DNA of 64,000 nt from an uncultured Gammaproteobacteria bacterium (lineage in GTDB: Bacteria; Patescibacteriota; Patescibacteriia; Magasanikbacterales; JBBTQS01): positions 438,359-502,358 of the forward strand of contig OZ246400.1 in assembly GCA_965230935.1 (NCBI GenBank), written 5' to 3'. The notes beneath the pieces were generated by a model. That model saw only the letters and a list, made by a program, of their open reading frames with translations, was not told the origin of the DNA and made no database searches. Position 1 is the stretch's first letter; every line of letters begins with the position of its first letter. The position numbers and the translations under genes are program-made. Below are positions 49,207 through 58,400 of this stretch, piece by piece.

Positions 49207-49248
49207 TGTAAAAAAAGAAGAACCCCACAATCGTGATGATCGTGGGGG
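49207..49248 (-). terminator. Terminator for SPFH-like gene: CA-rich tract then CCCCAC...GTGGGG hairpin then U-run (minus strand)
   Basis: rc reads ...CACAACAACGGGGACCCCCACGATCATCACGATTGTGGGGTTCTTCTTTTTTT. Confidence 0.45.
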
Positions 49249-49290
49249 TCCCCGTTGTTGTGACTCGGCGAAGAAGCGTTCGAAGAGTGG

Positions 49291-50226
49291 CTAGCTCCTC
49301 TTTTTCTTCTTGCGTGAGCCGCCGCCCTTGCCCCGGAACGCCGCCATGAGCTTCATGCGGTTCTCCAGCGAGATGTCGGCCCACTTCTCGTCGGTCATCA
49401 TCTCGGCGAAGGCTTTGAAGTCGGCCATCTTCTCCGGCGTCATGTCCCCCACGTGAGCCGGAGTGGTGGAGCGAGGCTTCGCGGTCTGCTTGTGCTCGGT
49501 CTGCACCGCCACCACGCGAAACCCGCAGGTCTTGGGCAGTGGATCACGGCCGTCCACCACACCCGGATCCGGGTCGCTGGTGTTGCAGCCACTGACCACG
49601 GCGGCCTTGAGCGTGTCGTCCATGGCCTGGAGCTCGTCCAGCGTCGGCTTCTTGTCCAGACCGTCGATGAACCGCTTGAGCTCGAACGCCGCCTTACGCC
49701 AGGCCGCGTCCACGATGGCCGCCTTGCCGTTGTCGCCCTTCTTGACGTCGGCGTGGTTCATCAGGTACTTGGCGCACTGCGCCATGGCCGGACCATCACC
49801 TGTGTTGAGCCGCACGCTGAACTTGATCGCCGCCGTAACGTTGGACCCGTCGTGCGCCACGTACTTGATGTGCGCCAGGCAGGCGAACATCCAGTTGTTG
49901 GGACACACGAAGGTCTGGTGACGCAACATCGCGCCGCCAGGCACGAAGTGCTTGCCCCGACCACCGGTGTTGCTCTGGAACGGCCGCACCAGGTCGCCAT
50001 CGCTGTCCACCGCGATCCCCATCTTGCCCGACGGGATGATGAACTCGGACTTGAAGTAGTAGCTGATCGCCAGGATGATCCCGAAGATCGCAATGCCGTA
50101 CCCGGGGACGTCCGGGCTGATCCAGCCCTTCCAGGCGCCAAGCACTGCTGCGATCGCCGTCACGACGAACGCGGTGAAGTAGCTGCGCCAGTCCCATCCC
50201 TCTTTCTTGCTCAAGATGCTCTGCAT
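49291..50226 (-). CDS. High-GC membrane protein with SPFH/band-7-like core (tentative), 2 N-terminal TM, basic tail
   Basis: IIPSGKMGIAVDSDGDLVRPFQSNTGGRGKHFVPGGAMLRHQ...AAIKFSVRLNTGDGPAMAQ resembles SPFH beta-rich core; GKGGGSRKKKKRS tail; 311 aa. Confidence 0.35.
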   Translation of the reverse strand: MQSILSKKEGWDWRSYFTAFVVTAIAAVLGAWKGWISPDVPGYGIAIFGIILAISYYFKSEFIIPSGKMGIAVDSDGDLVRPFQSNTGGRGKHFVPGGAMLRHQTFVCPNNWMFACLAHIKYVAHDGSNVTAAIKFSVRLNTGDGPAMAQCAKYLMNHADVKKGDNGKAAIVDAAWRKAAFELKRFIDGLDKKPTLDELQAMDDTLKAAVVSGCNTSDPDPGVVDGRDPLPKTCGFRVVAVQTEHKQTAKPRSTTPAHVGDMTPEKMADFKAFAEMMTDEKWADISLENRMKLMAAFRGKGGGSRKKKKRS

Positions 50227-50682
50227 CTTATCCTCCCTCTGTGTGTGGTGTGTAGTGAATCTTCTTCGCCGATCTGCATTGTTTAAAGAGCTGCTTCTGC
50301 AGCAAACAATGAAGTTTGTCGCTTCTGCAACCGTATATCATATCATAATTTGGTGTTTTTGTCAATATTAATTTAGCTAAAATAAGATAAAATCCTAAAA
50401 TAAGTCACAAACTATGCACAGAAAAGCCTTTGTTTGCTGGGTTTTCTATTGACAGAGGGGTACTGTTTTGCTACTGTAAAAGTGACTAAATGTGTCAAAT
50501 AGTTCTTTGTAAAAAGTTGCAAAATCGCACCGGAATGAGGAGTGCAAGCTCATCACTCTAGCGCGATTTTGCAACCAAGAGGGAAAGCCAACCACTTGTA
50601 GTCGTTCTGCTGGAGGTCCCGGGTGGGGCCTGCGACAGGAGTTGCGCCAGGCCACACTCAGACCTATCGGGGGAAAGAAACG

Positions 50683-51531
50683 ATGAAGACCAGGACCCTT
50701 TCGACCATGGCCGTGCTGGCGGCTCTGGTGCTCGCGGGCTGCGCCGCTGAGGCGCCGACCGACGGCAACATGACGCCGGACCAGCAGATCGACCAAAAGA
50801 CGTTCACCGTGGAGGTGGTCGTCGAGCACGCCCAGAATCGTGTGGGCAACGCCGAGGTCACGGCGATGACGCACGGCGCGGTGGCGTACACCGACCACAA
50901 CGGGGTGGCGACGTTCGACAGTCTGCCGGCCGGGCCGGAGACGTTCAAGGTGGACGCGCCGACCATCGAGAAGCCGCTGTACGTGGACGTGAACGTGGGC
51001 GAGGACGACGCGCCGATCACGACCGAGACCGTCACGATCGACCCGGCCGACGCCACCGACACGCCGACGCCGAGTGACGACACCTCGCCCATCGCCGGGC
51101 TGGATCCGGAGCTGGACGAGTACGTCAAGATCGGGTGGGCCACGTGGCTGAGCTTCGACGCCGAAGGCGCGCAAATGGCCGGCGGTGGGCCGAACGACTG
51201 GTACGAGATCGGGTACAACGCCAAGCAGGGCGCGTACAAGATCTACGACCAGGGTCATCCGTTCAGCACCAACTACATCGACACGATCGCCTGCTTCGTG
51301 GAGGTCAAGTCGGACTGCGGTGCTGAGGCGTGCCTGTCGTGCGAGGACCTGATGGTCGGCAACAAGGGGTTCTACTACTCCACCATCGGCACGGTGAGCG
51401 AGAACGGCCACAAGTTCGAGTTTAGCTCAACCAAGACCACGGGAAGTGGGACCGATCCGGTCGGAACAGACGTGTTCACCCTGGAGACCGACCCGGACGG
51501 GAACTACTTCGAGGGCTACGGCGACGAGTAG
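50683..51531 (+). CDS. High-GC secreted lipoprotein A (lipobox LAGC) with N-terminal Thr/Asp/Pro-rich region and 141-aa C-terminal 4-Cys domain shared with lipoprotein B
   Basis: MKTRTLSTMAVLAALVLAGCAAEA; start reassigned to ATG 50683. Confidence 0.5.
   Translation: MKTRTLSTMAVLAALVLAGCAAEAPTDGNMTPDQQIDQKTFTVEVVVEHAQNRVGNAEVTAMTHGAVAYTDHNGVATFDSLPAGPETFKVDAPTIEKPLYVDVNVGEDDAPITTETVTIDPADATDTPTPSDDTSPIAGLDPELDEYVKIGWATWLSFDAEGAQMAGGGPNDWYEIGYNAKQGAYKIYDQGHPFSTNYIDTIACFVEVKSDCGAEACLSCEDLMVGNKGFYYSTIGTVSENGHKFEFSSTKTTGSGTDPVGTDVFTLETDPDGNYFEGYGDE
51101..51525 (+). repeat. Direct repeat copy 1 (425 bp, identical to 51866..52290), encodes shared C-terminal domain
   Basis: read base-by-base against copy 2; identical protein-level ORFs also appear in all overlapping frames of the ORF track. 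Confidence 0.85.
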
Positions 51532-51585
51532 TCCCTGAAGACCTGGCCTGGTCAACTCCCTCACACAACTAACACACAACAAGAA

Positions 51586-51619
51586 AACCCCCAGCAGACT
51601 GCTGCGGGTGTTCTTTTTT
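51586..51619 (+). terminator. Rho-independent terminator CAGCAG-A-CTGCTG + T9 after lipoprotein A (preceded by CA-rich ACACAAC tract)
   Basis: perfect palindrome 51591..51603, T-run 51611..51619. Confidence 0.55.
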
Positions 51620-51628
51620 TAGTAAACT

Positions 51629-51657
51629 ATTGCATTTACAATCGCTTTTATCTACAA
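51629..51657 (+). promoter_or_regulatory. Sigma70-like promoter TTGCAT-17-TACAAT for lipoprotein B (AT-rich segment inside high-GC island)
   Basis: hexamers 51629..51634 and 51652..51657; AAGGAGG SD before ATG 51691. Confidence 0.4.
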
Positions 51658-51690
51658 TCACCTAAGGCACAGGCAAAGGAGGAAACAGCC

Positions 51691-52299
51691 ATGCCATACC
51701 GATATGCGATGGGCTTCGTGCTCATGATGCTCTTGAGCACCTGCGCAGACACGACGTCCAATGAGGATGGGCGTCCTCATGGACTGACCTCTGATCCCGG
51801 CCTGTTTACGAACGAAGACGCCCGACCATGGTCACCCAGCCTCACCGGCAATCCGATTGATGGCATGGATCCGGAGCTGGACGAGTACGTCAAGATCGGG
51901 TGGGCCACGTGGCTGAGCTTCGACGCCGAAGGCGCGCAAATGGCCGGCGGTGGGCCGAACGACTGGTACGAGATCGGGTACAACGCCAAGCAGGGCGCGT
52001 ACAAGATCTACGACCAGGGTCATCCGTTCAGCACCAACTACATCGACACGATCGCCTGCTTCGTGGAGGTCAAGTCGGACTGCGGTGCTGAGGCGTGCCT
52101 GTCGTGCGAGGACCTGATGGTCGGCAACAAGGGGTTCTACTACTCCACCATCGGCACGGTGAGCGAGAACGGCCACAAGTTCGAGTTTAGCTCAACCAAG
52201 ACCACGGGAAGTGGGACCGATCCGGTCGGAACAGACGTGTTCACCCTGGAGACCGACCCGGACGGGAACTACTTCGAGGGCTACGGCGACAACCAGTAG
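51691..52299 (+). CDS. High-GC secreted lipoprotein B (LLSTC lipobox-like) with the same 141-aa C-terminal 4-Cys domain
   Basis: MPYRYAMGFVLMMLLSTCADTT; perfect AAGGAGG SD; 202 aa. Confidence 0.5.
   Translation: MPYRYAMGFVLMMLLSTCADTTSNEDGRPHGLTSDPGLFTNEDARPWSPSLTGNPIDGMDPELDEYVKIGWATWLSFDAEGAQMAGGGPNDWYEIGYNAKQGAYKIYDQGHPFSTNYIDTIACFVEVKSDCGAEACLSCEDLMVGNKGFYYSTIGTVSENGHKFEFSSTKTTGSGTDPVGTDVFTLETDPDGNYFEGYGDNQ
51866..52290 (+). repeat. Direct repeat copy 2 (425 bp identical to 51101..51525); downstream about 80 bp also about 90% similar including terminator
   Basis: see copy 1. Confidence 0.85.
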
Positions 52300-52403
52300 T
52301 CCTTGAAGGCCTGGCCTGGTCAACTCCCTCACACAACCCAACACACAACAAGAAAACCCCAGCGAACTGCTGAGGGATTTCTTTTTTGTAAAGAGTTTTA
52401 TGA

Positions 52404-55400
52404 TTACTTTTCTTCTTTGACAATAATCAACCCTTCAAAATGCGCTGATGCATAATTAAAGTTTTTTGGATCTTTACAATCACCCTTATCTGGGTTGGCT
52501 GCAACTTCTTGCCATGCACCTGTTGATCCATTATGGGAAATACCAGACTGATTCCATTCCATATCAGATCCAGCACCCTTGGCATTACACCAATTCCAAT
52601 TATCCATAATCTGCACTCTTGGCCGAAAAGCGCAATACCTGTCTCCCGTCAAAAAGCCATACTTCTCCGGTTCAAATGCAATCGGTGTTTGAGAACCATC
52701 AGGATTCTCAATATAAGGCACATCCCCAGATCCAACCACGTACAATCCATCATTCTGATCATCTACCAAGCCGGTATTAGACGTACCAGCACCTTCTCCA
52801 GCACAATCACCAAATGAGTAATAATGGATAAACTGATAAAATCCATCAGAACATGCATCAGGATGTGCACCAAATTTATCACCCTCATCAGAACAACTTG
52901 GCACACGGTTTTTATATTTACCGGCAAATCGATCTACATCCGCGTATATGATATTACCATTTTCTTCATAGTCACTATTCCACTTCACTGCCATCTCAGT
53001 AATTGGCATTTGGTTATCAGCAACATCAGCATAAAACTCTACACTTGCCACCATGGACGAACCATTGGAAACAATAAAGCCTTTTTCCTGCCCATTCACT
53101 CCCACTGCCTTGTCATCGCCCTTTTGACATCCTGACGCAGTACAAATCACAGCATTCACACGTGGCGGATGAATAGGCGTCTTTGGACCACCTTGTCCTA
53201 TCGCCTCATTGCTAATGCCGTGGTTTAAGAATCCATTTTCATTTGAAACAATCTTTCGTGCCAAAAATGGATCAACAACACTTGATGGATTGGTCTGTAC
53301 ATACTTATTATCCTGCCATGTCCAGACGTTGTATACCCGCGCAAAAATGTTTTGTAGCATTTGTCGTGCATCTGCCTTTTCGATCGTACCTGATTCTGGT
53401 GCATCATCATTTGTAGGACCAAGTTTATCAAGATCAACGCGACCAATATGCACATCTGTATTGGCATCACCTAGTGGGATCCCCATACACACACCGGAGT
53501 CAACAATAAGCATACCGTCCATGGTCTCAAGAGTCTTTGGTGGACACTGCTCTTGTGAGTTACAAAATGCACCATGATGCTCTCCACCAATACACATACT
53601 TGCACGACAACTATCCCGATCTTGCACAAAGGCCATTGTTCTTTTATCCCCATCTACAAACATGGAGTTATCTATATTATGCGTATAGTTATTCTGACAA
53701 GATAATGGAGACCCGGCATTCAAATACTCAAGTCCTGCACCTTGAATCACCTCGGTCGAATCAGTTGCCACATACCATGGTACGGCATACTCGAGTGATG
53801 ATAATGCCGGATGTGGTGTTGTCTGCACGAGTTGCGGCGGACCACTTTCACTTAAATCTTTAATTGGTGGCGAGGTTGCATGTGCTGAACCAAATGGCAA
53901 AAAGTCCTGATCAAAGGAATACGATGGTCCAAATGCACCAACATCCAAAACCGCAGGTGGGCCAAGCCAAAACGTAGAATATGAATTTACTCGATCAGTC
54001 CATGCAAGATTAGTCTTGTTGTCACTATCTGTACTCAGTGGCGCCTCAGGGTCATACACCTGTGCCACCTCAGTACAATACTCACGCAGATAGAAAATTA
54101 CCGCAAAGTTTACATTAGCATCTCCATTACCAGCATCACACATACGGTGCTCAATTGCAGTAAGTTTTCCGGTGTTGGCATCAAACACTACATCCACTAA
54201 CATGCGATGCCAATCAGGATCACCGGTTGGACAGAATCCTTTTCCTACATTGGCATGTGCATTTGGATGCATCTTAGTCTTGAGTATTGTCTCATCCATG
54301 GTAAATACATAATCGTTTTCCCAGAACCAACGCAATCGGATTGTTTTGTCTTCTTCCCAATCCCACTCATCACCGTCTGGGATTAAGTCGGCATCATCCA
54401 CTACCACCATCTGACTCATCCAACGTCCTGGTGCTACAGGACCACTTCCTTCTTCATGTACCCCATTAAATCGCCCATCAGTGAATATTGCCATTGGGGT
54501 GTCAGTTGGTAGATAGTCATGAGAGCTTCCTCCTCTGGCAACACGAGATTCCGGATCGATATAAATCTCTACTCGCTCAACATCTTCAAATCGCAAATTC
54601 GCATCATCCAGAATCCCACTATAATATGTAGGATGATCTTCATCATCAGCATGGACGCGTGAGTAACAATCAGTTCCACAAGCACCAAGATTAAATTTAC
54701 GCGGCAATCCACCTGGCGATCCCCAGCCTAGGTGATTCACCACCATCTTATACGATGCCGAGTTCAAATAAGGTCGATTCCCTGCATTTTTGTATTCCGG
54801 ATTTGAGGTTTTTACATGTGTTTCATAAACAAGCTCTCCCCCGTAGTCATCCTTGGCATCAAAAACAGATCCCGCAACATACGTAAAGTCATTCCAATCC
54901 CGATGCGCCCCTGCACGCCAGGCATTACCACTGGACTCTACACAATAATATTGCCCACCCTGACCTACCGGCAACTGATACCCTGCCTCATCATATTGGT
55001 TAAAGATATCACTACTCCCCGAAAGTAAGGTTGCCGGATACCACGTCTGACACGCATGAGTAAATTGATTGGCATTAACTGATGTCGACAAATCCTCTTC
55101 TAAACAATACCCTTGTGCACCAAATACCTTTTGTGTGCTCTTCAGATACCGACAGGTGCCGTGTTCGCGATCTGAATCATGTTCAAATCCACCCCGATCA
55201 TCAGTACAATCAGACTTGTGATCACATGCTTGGCCATCACGGGATTGCTCATCCGGACTAAATCCACCGCTACAGACCCCAACAGGTAACACGCCGGTCA
55301 AATCGTAATATCGCGGCGCACTATTTTTAGCACCAAATGACGCCTTTTGATAGGCACAGGCATTACACGCTTGCAGATTACCGTTAGCATCGAACTTCTG

Positions 55401-58400
55401 GCAAGTGTTTACATTTTGATGAGAAGTAAACTTTTCAATCGCGTCCCCGGCCTGGGAGTATGACACCACCACCGATGGTGGGAATGGACTATCTTCTTCT
55501 GGATACATGCGACAACTTTGCGCCACCAAATCCTCTGCCTCTGCATTGATTCCAATGACACATCGTCCAGAATAACAATACCCATTTACCGGAAGATTTG
55601 GCTGCCCATCAAGGGGTAAGTTATACGAACAGGCAGTACCATCACTTTGTCCGGCACAACTTCCACTCGCACCAAGATTTGCAGCATTTTTATGACGGAA
55701 TCCCATGGAGACCTCATTCTTCAGTGCATCAACAACCACCGGCTCGAGATCTGCAGCTTGAAACTTATTAAAGATGGAGTACCCACTATAATCAGCTGCT
55801 GCCCATGACGTGTCGCGACCGGTGTAGAGTGCTTTGGTCAAAATTTGATTATAGGTATCATTTTTCTTCTCCACCCATCGAGTACACTCGCCTGATGTTT
55901 GATCACCTTTCCATTCTGCACACACACCAACATTGGTACACACATCTCGTTCTTCTCCTGCACGATTGTCCCACGCTTTAAATGATGACTTACATGAGAG
56001 CCACTCACTACACACACGATCACGGTTAACCTTCAAGATAATGTTACTGTTGTTCACTCCACATTTTGTTCGTGACTTAAACAAGATACGCTCCAACACT
56101 CCCTCAAGCTCATAAAAGTTGTCCGGTAAAGTGTCTTGAGTTGCAGCATCAAGATAATCTCGACAAAGTTGTGCAGTCGCATTGTACGCTTGTAACCCTG
56201 TTACCTGCTCTGCCCCATCAAAGACAGCTTTATACCCTGCTTGTGCTTCACAAAAATCAACAACCCCGGACTTTACACTCTCAGTACACCGAACACCAAA
56301 GGTCACCTCATCTCCAGCTCCTCCAATCAAATCTCCGACTGCGGTTGGAGTAAAGGTTTCTACTGTGGTCACTTTCACCTCAGTTAATTTTTCCCAACAC
56401 GCTTGAAATTTAGGCTCACAGTTACTATCTGCTACCCATACAAAATCATTAATATCGATCGCTCCTGGAGCATATTGTTTCACCTGCGGACACCCACCAG
56501 ACAAATCAAGATATTCTGCACATTCAATCGGTGTTCCATTAAACGTTGCACCCAAATCTGATGATGCAAGTGGTTCGTGCGGTTGTGGGGCTACCGGATT
56601 ACCGTTATTCTGCGCTGATGCGGCATAGGTCATTTGCGTACTCCACTTTTTCGTGAGATTCGCGGTATCATCAAACAGCACACATCCGTCTTCAAGACTC
56701 ACTTGTCCGGCACAACTGGTGGCATCTAATGCTTCATCATTTAAGAAGTAGTATGGCTTACCAAGAGGCATGCTGTCACTGACATCATTACGGTCAACAA
56801 AGGCGGTACAGCCACCATAAATAGACTTACATTCACCTACCGTACCATCATAGAGCGCATCACCATTTTTCCAAATACCAAACACATTGCCCGCTTCAAC
56901 ATACCCGTCATAACACGGCTCCGGCTGACCAGAATCAGTCACTGATTTAAACCATCCATCGCGAGTCGTACCATCTGGCATGACCACTTTTTCTTGATAG
57001 GTACATCGGTTTGGCCCAGGATCTTTAAAGTAGAAAGTTTGTGTTTGGTTTGAATATGAATCACATCCATTTTCAAACACCTTACACATCTGCGTTACAT
57101 ATTGATCTGGCAAATTATTCAAATATATTGTGTCAACACTACCATTTGCCTTAGTTTCACCAAACGCCTGACACCCTTTTTGCTCGGCCACACACGCAAA
57201 CTCAGGATTATTGACTACATAAATTGCTTGATCTTCAGGAACCACAACGTCATCCTCCGGATTACTGGTGTTGGTTTGCGGATCAATACCGTCATTGAAG
57301 ACCTGGGAACTTACCGATGCGGAGTTTTGCGTATTAATAAACGCCTGACATCCCACCACTTCTTCACGACATACCCGATTAAACCCGGTCAAGAACTGTT
57401 GCTCACCAAGTTCAGTGCTATATTGCTGACAACCAAGCGCCACACCAGGTAAGTTATCATTTGGGTTACTATCACATGCTACCGGCGTATTCCAAGAATC
57501 TTTAATCAAATAATGTACGCCATTTGCCTCTTTCACAAACAACTTATCAATAAAGTACGTTGGCTCGCCCCCACCAACAGCATTCAAGAGCATCCGCCCG
57601 GTCACCACCTGAGTATTATCAACGGTGATTGGGCCAACGGTGTACTGTCGCCATACGGCATCAAGACTTGCTGAATGTGCACCACTGCTGCCTGAGATTA
57701 CTTGACCGGCCTTGTCTTCGAGCTCTAGATCGAATGACACACCGCTGGCACCTTTACCCCAGAAGGTAATGGTATAGGCATTTGCATGTTGCAATACAAA
57801 CCGAGGGGACACAATACCGGTTGCTCCGCCTTCTAACGCATGATCTCCCACAGTCACCGCCTCAGTTGAAAGTGATGCATTTTCCCAATCAATAACGCCG
57901 GCACCACCTTCAAAATCAACTTCATAGATAATGTTTCCTGATGCTGATGCTGCACCGGTATATTCTCGACAAAGATTCTCTCCAGCATCACACTTGTGAC
58001 TCATAGATGGAAGTGCTTTGTACAAACATGCACCGTCAAGCGAGACAGTTCCTCCGGTCTCAGTACATACATCCGCTGCAATTGCTTCGTTTCGACGAAG
58101 TGGTGCACATGAATCAGAAACAATAATCAACTGGGAAATAAATCGATAATACGCATCACCTTCACTGCCAAACAATTCACGACAATCCGGATTGTAGTTT
58201 GGATCAGTATCGCGATTTGCATAAATCGTCGCATTACAGGTTGAAGCAAACTCTGCTAACACCGCAGCGTCATCAGTAAGATATTTTGGCGCATCGGCGT
58301 CCAGTACAAAATCAAAGGACTTGAGCTGGAATCCAACGGTATCAGATCCCTCCCAGGTGTAGAACAGATCATGACCATCCGGACCAACATCAGCCGGTTT

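Noticed and set aside
51101-52290. Repeat pair considered as CRISPR/other array
   Set aside because: Only two copies, 425 bp long, protein-coding and separated by unique gene sequence; no short regular repeat-spacer structure anywhere in the window
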